A stretch of DNA of 64,000 nt. It comes from Candidatus Eiseniibacteriota bacterium. Lineage in GTDB: Bacteria; Eisenbacteria; RBG-16-71-46. Within the stretch, counting starts at the first letter, position 1; each line of letters opens with the position of its first letter. Of this stretch, positions 1-11,351 are shown one piece after another. Below the pieces are notes generated by a model. That model saw nothing but the letters and a program-made list of their open reading frames with translations. It was not told where the DNA came from and did not search any database. The position numbers and the translations under genes were made by a program. The stretch spans positions 100,795 to 164,794 of the forward strand of contig JBGAML010000010.1 in assembly GCA_044223005.1 (NCBI GenBank). The letters run 5' to 3'.

Positions 1-110
1 GACGCCGGCGGCGTCGCGGGCGACACCCTCGTGCCCGTGGCGGGACCGTGGTGCGAACGGCTAGGCTTTCGTCCGTCGCCCCCGCGTCACGCGCCCCCCG
101 GGAATCCGTC

Positions 111-2264
111 ATGCGCCGCTCGTTCCGTCTTCTCGGCCCCCTGCTCGCGCTGACCCTCGCCCTCGCGCCGGCGCCGCCCGCGCGCGCGGCGTGGATCGTC
201 GCGCAACTGGCGCCCGCACCCACGGCCGCTCCCGCACCCGCACGCGGCACCGCACGGCTGCGCGCGTCGCGCCCCGACGCCGCGGCGCTCGCGGCCGCGG
301 CGCCGCGGCTCGCCGCGCTGGGCATGGTGCCGCGCCGCGCGTTCCTCGACGCGCTGCCCGCGCCGGCGGCGTCGGCGCACCCGCAACCGCTGCCGGAGGG
401 GTTCGCGCCCGAGCGGATCGTGCTCGTCGAAGCGCCCGCCGACACCGGCGCCGCGGACGCCGTGCGCGCGCTGGTCGCGCGCGGGCTCGCCGACTGGGCC
501 GAGCCGCTGCGCACGCGCACCGTCGAAGCGGCGCCGCTCGACACGCTGCCCGGCGAGTCGCTGTTGCGCGACGGGCACCAGTGGTTCCTCTGGAACCTCG
601 GGCTCGCGGGCGGCAGTCCCTACGGCGGGCTCGCGCGCGCCGACGCGCACGTCGTCGAGGCCTGGCGCGTCACCACCGGCGACGAACGGATCAAGCTCGC
701 GATCGCCGACACGGGAATCGACCCGGCGCAACCCGAGCTGGGCGGCGCGCTCGCCGACGGCTCGCCGCGCATCGTCGACGCGCTCAACGTCACGGGCGAG
801 CCGGTCGCGGCGGTGGGCGATTCGTTCGGGCACGGCACCCCGGTCGCGGGCATCGCGGCCGCGCGCACCAACGACGGCCCGCACTTCTCGGGGCGCGGCG
901 TCGCGGGCGTGTGCGGCGGCGACGGGTTCACGTCGGCGGGCTGCCGCATCGTGCCGATCAAGATCGCGCCCGGGCACTCGGGCGAAGCGTCGTCGTTCGA
1001 CATCGCACGCGCGATTCTGCACGCCACCGACGTGGGCGCGCGCGCCATGAATCTTTCGTTCGCCGGGACCGGCTCGAGCCGGCTCGAGCGGCTCGCGCTG
1101 GGCTACGCGATCGTGCGCGGCTGCGTGGTGGTGGTCGCCGCGGGCAACAAGGGCGCGGGCATCTTCGCGACCCAGCCGCAGTACCCGGCGGCCTACGCCG
1201 TGGACGGGCTCTGCGTGCAGGTCGGCGCGAGCGACGAGAACGACGCGCGCACGGTGTGGTCCTCGTACGGTCCCGGGCTCGACCTCGTCGCGCCCGGCAC
1301 CGACATGTGGGCGCCATGGATGACGTATCCCAGCACCAACGGCGCGAGCTACGACGGCTACGTGCCGGTCGCCGGCACGTCGTACGCGGCGCCGGTCGTG
1401 ACCGGCGCGATCGGGCTGCTCGCGAGCATGCGCCCCGACCTCGCCGACACGGACATCCAGCACGTCCTGCGCGAGAGCGCACACGACATCGGTACGCCGG
1501 GCCCCGACGCGAAGACGGGCTGGGGCCGGCTCGACGTCGGCGCCGCGCTCGCCGCCGTGCCGGCGCGCTTCGGCCTGTGGCACGACGAGGTCGCGGCGCA
1601 GGCGTTCGCCCCCGACACCACGGCCGACACGCTGGTGATCGGCGAGAGCGGCCCGGGAACGCTCGACCGCTGGAGCGGCGCGCTGCCCGCGCAGCGCTGG
1701 GCCGCGACGGCCACGGTGACCCTGCCGGACTCGTTCGCATGGGGCGATTCGGTGCGCGTGTGGGTGCGCGTCGGCGGCACACTGGCCGCGCGCGGCGACT
1801 ACCAGCTGCCGTGGTTCGCGCCGACCGCGCAGGTGATCGCGCGCACGAACCGCACGTTCACGCTGCGCGGCTGGCTCTACCGCGCCGACCGCGACACGTG
1901 CGCGACCTGCCCGGAAACCTGGATCCCGCTGCCGCCGGAGTACGTGCGCTTCGGCTTCAGCGTGCTGGGGCCCGTCGTGCGCGACTCGCTGCGCGCCCCG
2001 GAGTCGGTACCGCCGCCGGCGACCCTGGTCGCGGGGCCGAGCCCGTTCCGCGACGCGCTCGTCCTGCGGCTGCCGGCCGCGGGCGAGGTGCGCGTGCTCG
2101 ACGCCACGGGCCGCGTGGTGCGCGCGTTCCGCGCCGGCGCGGGCGACGCGCGCTGGGACGGCCGTGACGGCGACGGCCGCGTGGCGCGGCCGGGGCTCTA
2201 TTTCGTCCGCTGGCGCGGAGGGACGGAATCGCGCACCGTACGCGTCGTGAAGCTCGGCTCGTAG
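111..2264 (+). CDS. Secreted S8 (subtilisin-like) serine peptidase with C-terminal FlgD-Ig/T9SS-like domain
   Basis: Signal peptide from ATG 111; catalytic motifs IADTG, GHGT, GTSYAAP and oxyanion AAGN; C-terminal PSPF...D.TGR.V...WDGRD..G...PGLY. Confidence 0.9.
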   Translation: MRRSFRLLGPLLALTLALAPAPPARAAWIVAQLAPAPTAAPAPARGTARLRASRPDAAALAAAAPRLAALGMVPRRAFLDALPAPAASAHPQPLPEGFAPERIVLVEAPADTGAADAVRALVARGLADWAEPLRTRTVEAAPLDTLPGESLLRDGHQWFLWNLGLAGGSPYGGLARADAHVVEAWRVTTGDERIKLAIADTGIDPAQPELGGALADGSPRIVDALNVTGEPVAAVGDSFGHGTPVAGIAAARTNDGPHFSGRGVAGVCGGDGFTSAGCRIVPIKIAPGHSGEASSFDIARAILHATDVGARAMNLSFAGTGSSRLERLALGYAIVRGCVVVVAAGNKGAGIFATQPQYPAAYAVDGLCVQVGASDENDARTVWSSYGPGLDLVAPGTDMWAPWMTYPSTNGASYDGYVPVAGTSYAAPVVTGAIGLLASMRPDLADTDIQHVLRESAHDIGTPGPDAKTGWGRLDVGAALAAVPARFGLWHDEVAAQAFAPDTTADTLVIGESGPGTLDRWSGALPAQRWAATATVTLPDSFAWGDSVRVWVRVGGTLAARGDYQLPWFAPTAQVIARTNRTFTLRGWLYRADRDTCATCPETWIPLPPEYVRFGFSVLGPVVRDSLRAPESVPPPATLVAGPSPFRDALVLRLPAAGEVRVLDATGRVVRAFRAGAGDARWDGRDGDGRVARPGLYFVRWRGGTESRTVRVVKLGS

Positions 2265-2287
2265 GTCATGGCCCGGAGAGCCCGCCC

Positions 2288-3526
2288 GTGAACGCCCGCC
2301 GCCTCGTTCCGCTCGTCCTCACCGCCGCGCTCGCCGGCTGTTCGCCGGCCGCCGCGCCGCCGGAGTGGTCGTCCGTGCGCGAGGTGACACCGGCGTTCCT
2401 CGCGAACGCGCCGGCGTTCGAGCCCTCGCTCGCCGCCGACGCACGCGGGCGCGTCGCGCTCGCGTACGTGACGCGCGGCGACGCGGGCGCCGATCTCTGG
2501 CTCGCGCTCTCGGCGGATTCGGGCGCGCACTTCGGGGCGCCGCAGCGGCTCAACGCGCGCGCCGGCAAGGTGAGTTCGTACCCCGAGAGCCGGCCGGTGC
2601 TCGCGTGGGTCGCAGGCGGACGGCTGGTCGTGGGCTGGGCGAGCGCACGCGACACGGGGCAGATGGCGGACGACATCGTCGTGCGCGCGAGCGGGGACGA
2701 CGGCGCGTCGTTCGGCCCCGAAGTGTTCCTCAACCACGACCGCGACCGCCCGGGGTCCGCGTACCACGGCTTCCTCGTGCTGCACGCGACGCCCGGCGGC
2801 CGCGTGAGCGCGGCGTGGGTGGACGGCCGCGACGCCGATCCCGCCTCGGGCCCGGAACCGTTCCGCGCCTCGATCTACGCCGCGAGCAGCGACGACGGCG
2901 GCGAGCGCTGGAGCGCCGAGCAGCGCGTCACCGACGCCGCGTGCCCGTGCTGCCGGCCCGGGCTCGTGGCGAGCGACGGCGGGCTCGTGGCGCTCGCGTA
3001 CCGCGGCGAACGCGACAGCCTCCGCGACCCGCGGCTCGCGATCTCGCGCGACGGCGGCGTCACGTTCCGCACCGACACGCTGGTCTCCGCCGACCGCTGG
3101 AAGCTCGCCGGCTGCCCGTCGACGGGCCCGGCGATCTCGTTCCGGCGCGGCGGCGGCTGGATCGCGTGGTTCACGGGCGCCGGCGCGGCGCCGGGCGTCT
3201 ACGCCGCGACGTGGCGGGGCGACGCCGACGCCACCGGCTCGCCACAGCCGCTCGGCGACGGCCTCGCCGAGGCGCAGCACCCGCAGCTCGCCGCGTTCGG
3301 ACCGGTCACGCTCGCCGGCGTGCTCGGCCGCACGAAGGACGGCCGTCGGACCTTCGCGCTCCGCACCCTCGCCGACGACGGCACCGCGTCGCCCTGGCTG
3401 TTGCTGGGCGCGAACGCGAGCGCGCCGGCCCTGGCCGTCGCGGGCGCGAACCACGCGCTGGCCGCCTGGGTCGAGCCGGCCGGGGCCGCCTCGCGCGTGC
3501 GCCTGGTGCGCGTGACACGGCGCTGA
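2288..3526 (+). CDS. BNR/Asp-box (sialidase-like beta-propeller) lipoprotein
   Basis: Lipobox LAGC; repeated S.D.G.(S/T)(F/W) Asp-boxes (SADSGAHF, DDGASF, SSDDGGERW, SRDGGVTF); CPCC and GCP motifs. Confidence 0.8.
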   Translation: MNARRLVPLVLTAALAGCSPAAAPPEWSSVREVTPAFLANAPAFEPSLAADARGRVALAYVTRGDAGADLWLALSADSGAHFGAPQRLNARAGKVSSYPESRPVLAWVAGGRLVVGWASARDTGQMADDIVVRASGDDGASFGPEVFLNHDRDRPGSAYHGFLVLHATPGGRVSAAWVDGRDADPASGPEPFRASIYAASSDDGGERWSAEQRVTDAACPCCRPGLVASDGGLVALAYRGERDSLRDPRLAISRDGGVTFRTDTLVSADRWKLAGCPSTGPAISFRRGGGWIAWFTGAGAAPGVYAATWRGDADATGSPQPLGDGLAEAQHPQLAAFGPVTLAGVLGRTKDGRRTFALRTLADDGTASPWLLLGANASAPALAVAGANHALAAWVEPAGAASRVRLVRVTRR

Positions 3527-3698
3527 CGTCCCGGCGCCGGGGCGCACGCGACGGACGCGGTCCGGACGCGCGCACGGTGATTGAAGCGCGCGAAAGCCCC
3601 GGTGTACCCTCGTGGGCCACGATGACGCACGGCGGAGCGTCCGGTCGCATTCCGGCCCCGCCGCACCAGCCCGAACGGGCATCCCTCCCGAGGCGCGA

Positions 3699-4691
<993 letters not shown>

Positions 4692-4727
4692 CGCGCGGCG
4701 ACCGCCGTTCCACCCGCGAGGCCCCGC

Positions 4728-6092
4728 ATGAGCGCTCCCGCGCTGCGCCGCCAGATCGGGCTGTACGCCGCGACCGCGATCACCGTCGGCAACATCGTCG
4801 GCTCGGGCATCTTCCGCTCGCCGCACACCGTGGCGCAGGAGCTGCCGGGCTTCGGGCCGGTGATCCTGGCGTGGATCGTGGGCGGCATCCTCTCGATCTG
4901 CGGCTCGCTCGTGCTGACCGAGCTCGCCGTGCGGCACCCCAGGACCGGCGGGCTCTACGTGTTCATCCGCGAGGGCTTCGGCGACGCGTGGGGCTTCGTG
5001 TTCGGCTGGGCGAACCTGTGGGTGATCAAGCCGACCGTGATCGCGTCGATCACCAGCGTGTTCGCGCTCTACTTCTGCCAGGTGCTGGGGGTCGGGCACG
5101 CGGCCGAGCTGCCCGTCGGCTGCGCCGCGATCTTCCTGCTGACGTTCGTCAACGGGCTGGGCGTGAAGGAGGGCGCCGGCACGCAGTCGGTCTTCACCAC
5201 CGCCAAGGTGATCGGCATCGCGGCGCTCTGCGTGCTCGCGTTCACGCTGCCCGCGACGCACCCGGCGACGCCGCTCGAGACCGCGAAGACGGCCGGCAAC
5301 GCGGGCCACCCGCTGCTGCTCGCGTTCGCGCTCTCCATGATCACGATCCTGTTCGCCTACGACGGCTGGACCGACTCCACGTACGTGGCCGGCGAGGTGA
5401 TCGACCCGCAGCGCACCATGCCGATCGCGATCCTCGGTGGGACATGGCTCGTGATCGCGGTCTACGTCGTGACCAACTTCGCCTACTACCACGTGCTTTC
5501 GCCCAACGAGGTCGCGGGCTACGAGGCGGTCGGCTCCGAGACGATCCACCGCCTGCTCGGCGACTGGGGCATGCGCGCGCTCGCGGTGCTGGTCGCGGTG
5601 TCGACGTTCGGCACGACCAACGGCGCCATCCTCACCGGGCCGCGCGTGACGCAGGCCGCGGCGGCCGACGGCCTGCTGTGGAAGCCGCTCGCGGCGCTCG
5701 ACCGCAAGCGCGAGACGCCGACGACGGCGCTGTGGCTGCAGGCGGTGCTCTCGTGCGTGTGGCTCTGGGCCGCGGGCGGGTTCGAGGACGTCTCGGGCTG
5801 GTTCGTCACCACCTCATGGGCGTTCTACGCCGTCACCACGGCGACGATCTTCGTCCAGCGCGCCCGCGAAGCGCGCGGGCAGCAGGAGCGCGCGAGCTAC
5901 CGCACGCCGCTCTACCCGATCGTGCCGATCGTGTTCCTCGCCGTGACGGGCATCATCATCTGGAGCGACTTCACGAACAGCGGCGCCATCCCCGGCACGC
6001 CGATCCCGCGCGCCATGGCCGGCGTGCTGATCGCCGCGACGGGCTTCCCGGTCTACTGGATCTGGAAGGCGCGCGCGCGCAGGACCGCATGA
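4728..6092 (+). CDS. APC family amino acid permease
   Basis: About 12 hydrophobic segments; VGSGIF, ELA...P..GG.Y, FAYDGW motifs. Confidence 0.92.
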   Translation: MSAPALRRQIGLYAATAITVGNIVGSGIFRSPHTVAQELPGFGPVILAWIVGGILSICGSLVLTELAVRHPRTGGLYVFIREGFGDAWGFVFGWANLWVIKPTVIASITSVFALYFCQVLGVGHAAELPVGCAAIFLLTFVNGLGVKEGAGTQSVFTTAKVIGIAALCVLAFTLPATHPATPLETAKTAGNAGHPLLLAFALSMITILFAYDGWTDSTYVAGEVIDPQRTMPIAILGGTWLVIAVYVVTNFAYYHVLSPNEVAGYEAVGSETIHRLLGDWGMRALAVLVAVSTFGTTNGAILTGPRVTQAAAADGLLWKPLAALDRKRETPTTALWLQAVLSCVWLWAAGGFEDVSGWFVTTSWAFYAVTTATIFVQRAREARGQQERASYRTPLYPIVPIVFLAVTGIIIWSDFTNSGAIPGTPIPRAMAGVLIAATGFPVYWIWKARARRTA

Positions 6093-6874
6093 GCGAACCG
6101 CTCTATCGCGACAGCGCGCTGTACGACGCCATCTACGGCGATCTCGTCGCCGACGTGCCGTTCTTCGCGCGGCTCGCCCGCGAGGCGGGCGGCCCGGTGC
6201 TCGAAGTCTGCTGCGGGAACGGCCGGCTGCTCGTGCCCGCGCGCGAAGCGGGCGCCGACGTGGACGGCATCGACCTGGCGCCGGCCATGCTCGACGGCCT
6301 GCGCGCGAAGCTCGCCGCGCGCGGGCTCGCGGCCGACGTCCGCTGCGCCGACATGCGCACGTTCGAGCTGTCGCGGCGGTACGCGCTCGTGTTCGTGGGC
6401 TTCAACTCGTTCCTCCACAACCTCACGCAGGCCGACCAGCTCGCGACGCTGCAGCGCTGCCGCGCGCACCTCGCGCCGGGAGGCCGGCTGGCGATCGCGG
6501 TGTTCCATCCCAAGGCGCAGGCGCTGATCGACTGGGCGGCGGGCGAGAAGCTGGCCAAGGAGGTCGCGGACCCGGCCGGCACCGGGCGCGTGCGCGTGAT
6601 CGATCACGCGGTCGACGACCGCGTCGAGCAGGTGCGCCGTGTCGCGCGGCGCGTCGAGTTCCTGGATGCCGCGGGCACGGTCGTGCGCACCGAGCAGGCG
6701 CCGTTCGAGCTGCGCTACGTCTACAAGCCGGAGATGGAGCTGCTGCTGCGCACCGCGGGGTTCGCCCGGTGGACCGTGCAGCCGCTGGATCCCGGCGCCG
6801 ACGGCGGGCTCGCTCCCGCGGACCGGACTCCACAGGAAGGGGACACCCTGCTGTGGACGGCGTGGCAGGATTGA
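6089..6874 (+). CDS. Class I SAM-dependent methyltransferase
   Basis: C-terminal part of ORF 4466..6874 from ATG 6089 (ATGA overlap with the permease stop); VLEVCCGNGR motif I, GIDLA, ADMR, HLAPGG. Confidence 0.88.
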   Translation: MSEPLYRDSALYDAIYGDLVADVPFFARLAREAGGPVLEVCCGNGRLLVPAREAGADVDGIDLAPAMLDGLRAKLAARGLAADVRCADMRTFELSRRYALVFVGFNSFLHNLTQADQLATLQRCRAHLAPGGRLAIAVFHPKAQALIDWAAGEKLAKEVADPAGTGRVRVIDHAVDDRVEQVRRVARRVEFLDAAGTVVRTEQAPFELRYVYKPEMELLLRTAGFARWTVQPLDPGADGGLAPADRTPQEGDTLLWTAWQD

Positions 6875-6878
6875 GCGC

Positions 6879-7808
6879 ATGAGCACGCCCCCCACCGGCA
6901 CGCGCGCGGGCGCCGAAGCGCGCCGCTACCTCGATCCGGCGATCGTCGCGCGCCTCGCGCATCTCGACGTGCGCGCGCGGCTCGTGGTCGAGGGCTTCAT
7001 CGCCGGCATGCACCGCTCGCCGTTCCACGGCTTCAGCGTCGAGTTCGCCGAGCACCGGCCGTACATGCCGGGCGACCCGCTCAAGAACCTCGACTGGAAG
7101 GTGCTCGCCAAGAGCGACCGCTACCTCGTGAAGCAGTACACCGAGGAGACGAACCTCCGCTGCCACCTGCTGGTCGACCTCTCGGGCTCGATGAAGTTCC
7201 AGTCGGCGCGCGCGAGCCTGTCCAAGCTCGAGTACGCCCGCTCGCTGGCCGCGGCGCTCGCGTACCTCATGCTCGGCCAGCAGGACGCGGTCGGCGCGCT
7301 GCTGTTCGCCGAGCAGCCGATCTCGTTCGTGCCCGCGCGCTCGGTGCGCTCGCACCTCGACGTGCTCCTCAAGACGCTCGCCGCCGGCCAGCCCCAGGGC
7401 CGCACGCGGCTGGGCCCGGCGCTGCACGAGCTCGCCGAGCGCATCAAGCGCCGCGGCCTGGTCGTGCTGCTCTCGGACCTGATGGACAAGCCCGAGGACG
7501 TGCTGGCCGGCCTGCAGCACTTCCGCCACCGGCACCACGAGGTGATCGTCTTCCACGTGCTCGACCCGGACGAGATCGAGTTCCCCTTCCACGACACGGC
7601 GACGTTCGTGGACCTGGAGACGGGCGAGCGGCTGACGACCGAGCCGTGGGAGATCGGCGCGCGCTACCGCGAACGCCTCGAAGCGTGGCGCAACCGCTAC
7701 CAGCGCGCCTGCCGCGAGCAGCTCGTGGACTACGTGCCGCTCGACACGCGCACGCCGTTCGATCGCGCGCTGCTGGCGTACCTCGAGAAGCGGGCGAAGC
7801 TGCTGTGA
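6879..7808 (+). CDS. DUF58 domain protein (MoxR-associated)
   Basis: G.HRSPFHGFSVEFAEHR.Y.PGD...DWK, VKQY.EET, DLSGSM, LLSDL. Confidence 0.93.
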   Translation: MSTPPTGTRAGAEARRYLDPAIVARLAHLDVRARLVVEGFIAGMHRSPFHGFSVEFAEHRPYMPGDPLKNLDWKVLAKSDRYLVKQYTEETNLRCHLLVDLSGSMKFQSARASLSKLEYARSLAAALAYLMLGQQDAVGALLFAEQPISFVPARSVRSHLDVLLKTLAAGQPQGRTRLGPALHELAERIKRRGLVVLLSDLMDKPEDVLAGLQHFRHRHHEVIVFHVLDPDEIEFPFHDTATFVDLETGERLTTEPWEIGARYRERLEAWRNRYQRACREQLVDYVPLDTRTPFDRALLAYLEKRAKLL

Positions 7809-7845
7809 GCACGCGCCCGGCGGGCCGCCGCGCAGGAGACGCGGC

Positions 7846-9921
7846 GTGAACTTCCTCCAGCCGCTCTTCCTCGCGGGCCTCGCGGCCGCCGCGATCCCGA
7901 TCCTGATCCACCTCTTCACGCGGCGGCGCCCCAAGCCGGTCGAGTTCTCCTCGCTCGAGTTCCTCGCCGAGGTCCACCAGAGCGAGGTGCGCCGGCTCAA
8001 ACTCCGCCAGTGGCTGCTGCTGCTCCTGCGCACGCTCGCGGTCGCCTGCCTCGCGCTCGCGCTCGCCCGCCCGGTGTCGCAGCGCGGCGCCGGCGCCACC
8101 GGCGGCTCGAGCAGCATCGTCGCGCTCGTCGACGTGAGCGGCAGCATGGGCGCGATCGGCACCGACGGCCGCCCGCTCACGGCGTCCGCGCGGCGCGTGG
8201 TCGACGACCTCGTCGCCACGCTGGGCCCCGGCGACGAGATGTGGCTCGTGCCCTACGACCGCGCGCCGCGGCCGGTGTCCGAGAAGCCGCTCGGCGACGC
8301 GGGCCGCCTGCGCGCCGCCGCCAACGCGCTCGCGCCCGGCGCCGGCACGACCGACCACGTGGCGGCGCTCGAAGCCGCCGCACGCACGCTGCGCGAGGCG
8401 CACGCGCTCAACCGCGAGATCTTCTGGATCTCCGACTTCCAGCGCACCGGCCTCGCGCACGGCGCCGCCGCGCCGGGCCGTTTCACGGCGCCCGCCGGGC
8501 CGTGGGACGCGGCGCGCGTCTACCTCGTGCCCATGACGCCGCGCAGCCGCGCCAACGCGGCGCTCACCGGCGCCGCCCTCGCGCCCGCCGACACCGGCGT
8601 CGCGCTGGCGGTGGACGGCGCGGCGTTCGGGATGACGGCCGGCGACCTGCCGGTCGAGGCGCGCGCGTTCGCGCCCGGCGGCGGTGCGGGCAACGCGCTC
8701 GGCCGCGGCTACCTCTCGCTGCCCGCGAACGGGCGCGCGTCGGCGCTCATGCCGCTCGCGGCGACGCCCGAAGCCGGCGGCGAGGCGCTGATCCCCGACG
8801 ACGCGCTCGCGCTCGACAACCGGCGCGTGTTCGCGGCGGGCCGCGCCGGCACGCTGCACGTGCTGCTGCGCGAGGACGGGCCGCCGTCGGCGCTGCGCTT
8901 CGCGCTCGAGGCGGGCATGCCGGCATCGGGCCTCGACGTGCGCGCCGTCGACGCGGCGGGACTCGCCGCGCAGGCCGCCGACGCCGACGTGATCGTGATC
9001 GGCGACGTCGAGCAGCTCGGCCCCGCCGAACTGCAGGCGACGCTCGACGTCGTCCGCGGCGGCGGCGCGCTGCTGCTGGTGCCGGGCACGCGCGCCGACG
9101 CCGCCGCGTGGAACGGCTCGCTGCTGCGCGAGCTGGGCGCCGGCACGCTGGGCGCGCCCGAGGCCGCGCCCGCGGGCGCGGCGTGGCGGCTGCGGCGCGA
9201 GGTCGCCGGGCATCCCGTCCTCGAGGGCTTCCCCGCGAGGCCGGGCGAGCCGCTCTCCGCGGCGAGTTTCACCACCGTGCGCGCGCTGCGCCCGGGCCCG
9301 AAGGCGCGCGTGCTCGCCGCGTTCGACCGCGCGCACCCGGCGCTGCTCGAGGTGCCCGGCGCGATCGTGCTGGCGACCCCGCTCGATCCGGCGAGCTCCG
9401 ACTTCGCGCTCTCGGGTGCGTTCCTGCCGCTCGTGCACCAGTGCGCGCGCGTGCTCGGCCGCGGCACCGCCGCAGGCTCGTTCGTGCCGGGCGACGTGTG
9501 GCGCGCTCCGGCCGCCACCGGCACGTGGCGCGTGGTCGACGAGACGGGCCGCGAGGTCGCGCTCGGACCCGGTGCGGGCACCGCGCGGCTCGAAACGGCA
9601 CCGCTCGAGCGCCCGGGTCTCTATCGCGTCTATCGCGGCGAGGAACTGCGCAGCACGTTCGCCGTGAACCCGGACCCGGCCGAGTCCGATCTCGCTCCGG
9701 CGCCCGAGGCCGAACTGCTCGCGGGCTTCCCGCGCGGCCGCGCGGCCGTGCTCGCCCCCGGCGCCGACCTCGCGCGCCGCGTGCGCGAGGCGCGCTACGG
9801 CCGCGAACTCTGGCCGACGTTCGCGCTGCTCGCGCTGCTGCTGCTGGTCGCGGAATCCGTGCTCGGGCGGATCGGCATGCCGGCGGCCGCGCCGAAGCCC
9901 GGAACGCCCGCGCCGCGCTGA
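7846..9921 (+). CDS. BatA N-terminal / VWA domain membrane protein
   Basis: MNFLQPLFL...PILIHL...FSSL.FL N-terminus, MIDAS DVSGSM, C-terminal FAVN.DP.ESDL and a TM segment ending LLAES-like. Confidence 0.88.
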   Translation: MNFLQPLFLAGLAAAAIPILIHLFTRRRPKPVEFSSLEFLAEVHQSEVRRLKLRQWLLLLLRTLAVACLALALARPVSQRGAGATGGSSSIVALVDVSGSMGAIGTDGRPLTASARRVVDDLVATLGPGDEMWLVPYDRAPRPVSEKPLGDAGRLRAAANALAPGAGTTDHVAALEAAARTLREAHALNREIFWISDFQRTGLAHGAAAPGRFTAPAGPWDAARVYLVPMTPRSRANAALTGAALAPADTGVALAVDGAAFGMTAGDLPVEARAFAPGGGAGNALGRGYLSLPANGRASALMPLAATPEAGGEALIPDDALALDNRRVFAAGRAGTLHVLLREDGPPSALRFALEAGMPASGLDVRAVDAAGLAAQAADADVIVIGDVEQLGPAELQATLDVVRGGGALLLVPGTRADAAAWNGSLLRELGAGTLGAPEAAPAGAAWRLRREVAGHPVLEGFPARPGEPLSAASFTTVRALRPGPKARVLAAFDRAHPALLEVPGAIVLATPLDPASSDFALSGAFLPLVHQCARVLGRGTAAGSFVPGDVWRAPAATGTWRVVDETGREVALGPGAGTARLETAPLERPGLYRVYRGEELRSTFAVNPDPAESDLAPAPEAELLAGFPRGRAAVLAPGADLARRVREARYGRELWPTFALLALLLLVAESVLGRIGMPAAAPKPGTPAPR

Positions 9922-10027
9922 CGAGCGCCGCCGCGAGTTCGCGGTGTGCGGCGCGCGTGATCGGGACTAGACTGCGTGCTTCCCCCGATTCGACGGCCGG
10001 CTTCCACACGAGAAGGGGTGACCCCTC

Positions 10028-10810
10028 ATGGCGTACATGCCCCCGGAAACGGGCGCGGTCCCGCGGCAGCTGCATCCCATCGACGCGCTGGGCGCCGCAT
10101 GGAACACGTTCAAGAATCACGTCGGGCTCTGCCTCGGCGCCGCGGCGATCCTGTTCGTGGTGATCGTGGTCGGCGAGATGATCCCGTTCGTCAACCTCCT
10201 CTTCGGCATCCTCGTCGCGCCGGCCCTCGTGGCGGGCGGTGCGCGCTTCGTGGTCCGGCTCGCCCAGGGCGAACACCCGACCATCGAGTCGCTCTTCGAC
10301 GGCTTCAAGCGCTGGGCGACGGTCACCGGCGTCTACTGGCTGCAGGCGGCGGGGGTACTGCTCATCCTCAGCCCGCTCCTCGTCACGATCATCACCGCCG
10401 TCGGCCTCGAGGCCTTCTCGCATCCCGATCAGTTCACGCGCGGACACAACCCGTTCCTCGTGCTCCCGGTGCTGGGCGCCGCCGCGATCTTCTACCCGCT
10501 CGCCATCTGGTGGATGCTGCGGACGTGGCCCGCCACGTTCCTCGCCATGGAGCCGAAGGGCCCCGGCGCGGTGGATGCATTGAAGGGCGCGCTCGCCATG
10601 ACGGCCGGGAACACGTGGCGTTCGCTCGGGATGTTCGCGCTCATGCTGCCGCTGGAGCTGGCCGGGCTCGCGGCGCTCTGCGTGGGCATCATCCCCGCGA
10701 TGATCGTCTGCTACCTGCAGTGGGCCCACGGCTACCTGCAGCTGCGCGGCCCCGCCCCGTCCGCGCCGCTCGCCGGCGAGACGGCCCCGCCCGCGCCGAC
10801 GATCGTCTGA
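10028..10810 (+). CDS. Integral membrane protein, hypothetical (DUF975-like)
   Basis: RBS GAAGGGG; 4-5 TM segments; LFDGF and GLAALCVGII motifs. Confidence 0.7.
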   Translation: MAYMPPETGAVPRQLHPIDALGAAWNTFKNHVGLCLGAAAILFVVIVVGEMIPFVNLLFGILVAPALVAGGARFVVRLAQGEHPTIESLFDGFKRWATVTGVYWLQAAGVLLILSPLLVTIITAVGLEAFSHPDQFTRGHNPFLVLPVLGAAAIFYPLAIWWMLRTWPATFLAMEPKGPGAVDALKGALAMTAGNTWRSLGMFALMLPLELAGLAALCVGIIPAMIVCYLQWAHGYLQLRGPAPSAPLAGETAPPAPTIV

Positions 10811-10822
10811 CGCGGTCCGCTC

Positions 10823-10858
10823 CGGCGCGACCCGTCGCGAGGGCGACGGGTCGCGCCG
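10823..10858. terminator. Perfect 16-bp hairpin between convergent genes, probable bidirectional terminator
   Basis: CGGCGCGACCCGTCGC-gagg-GCGACGGGTCGCGCCG; no U-tract. Confidence 0.65.
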
Positions 10859-10865
10859 CGCGCGT

Positions 10866-11351
10866 TCAGCGGCCGGCCTCCACGCTCGAGAACATCACGA
10901 ACGTGTGCGAATCGCCGACCGACCAGTGCGAGCAGTTCGCACCGAGCTGCCGCAGGATCTGCAGCCCCGTGGTCGGGTCGTGCGCGGTCACGGTGAGCGC
11001 GAGCACCTGCCCCTGCGTGACACCGCTCCCGCTGGTGTCCGGGACGGTGTAGTTCTCCCAGTCGAGCTCGTACGCCGGCCGGCGGAACGAAAAGCCCGCG
11101 GGCAGGAAGCCCGTGAGACCAGCGGGGATGCTGCCGCTGGGCGCGTCTGCCGGATAGCTGCCCGTGGCCTCGAACTGGGCCACGACCCCGGCGCGGACGG
11201 CGTTGAAGTCGCCGAGCGCCTGCGACGCCACCGCCTCGCGGCGGATCGCGTCGTAGGCCGGGATCGAGATGCGCACGAGGATCGACACGACGCACAGCAC
11301 GACCATGGCCTCGACCAGCGTGAAGCCCGCGGCGGACCGCAACGCCTTCAT
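10866..11351 (-). CDS. Prepilin-type N-terminal cleavage/methylation domain protein (type IV pilin/pseudopilin)
   Basis: MKALRSAAG|FTLVEAMVVL class III signal with E5; ATGA overlap with the upstream gene. Confidence 0.88.
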   Translation of the reverse strand: MKALRSAAGFTLVEAMVVLCVVSILVRISIPAYDAIRREAVASQALGDFNAVRAGVVAQFEATGSYPADAPSGSIPAGLTGFLPAGFSFRRPAYELDWENYTVPDTSGSGVTQGQVLALTVTAHDPTTGLQILRQLGANCSHWSVGDSHTFVMFSSVEAGR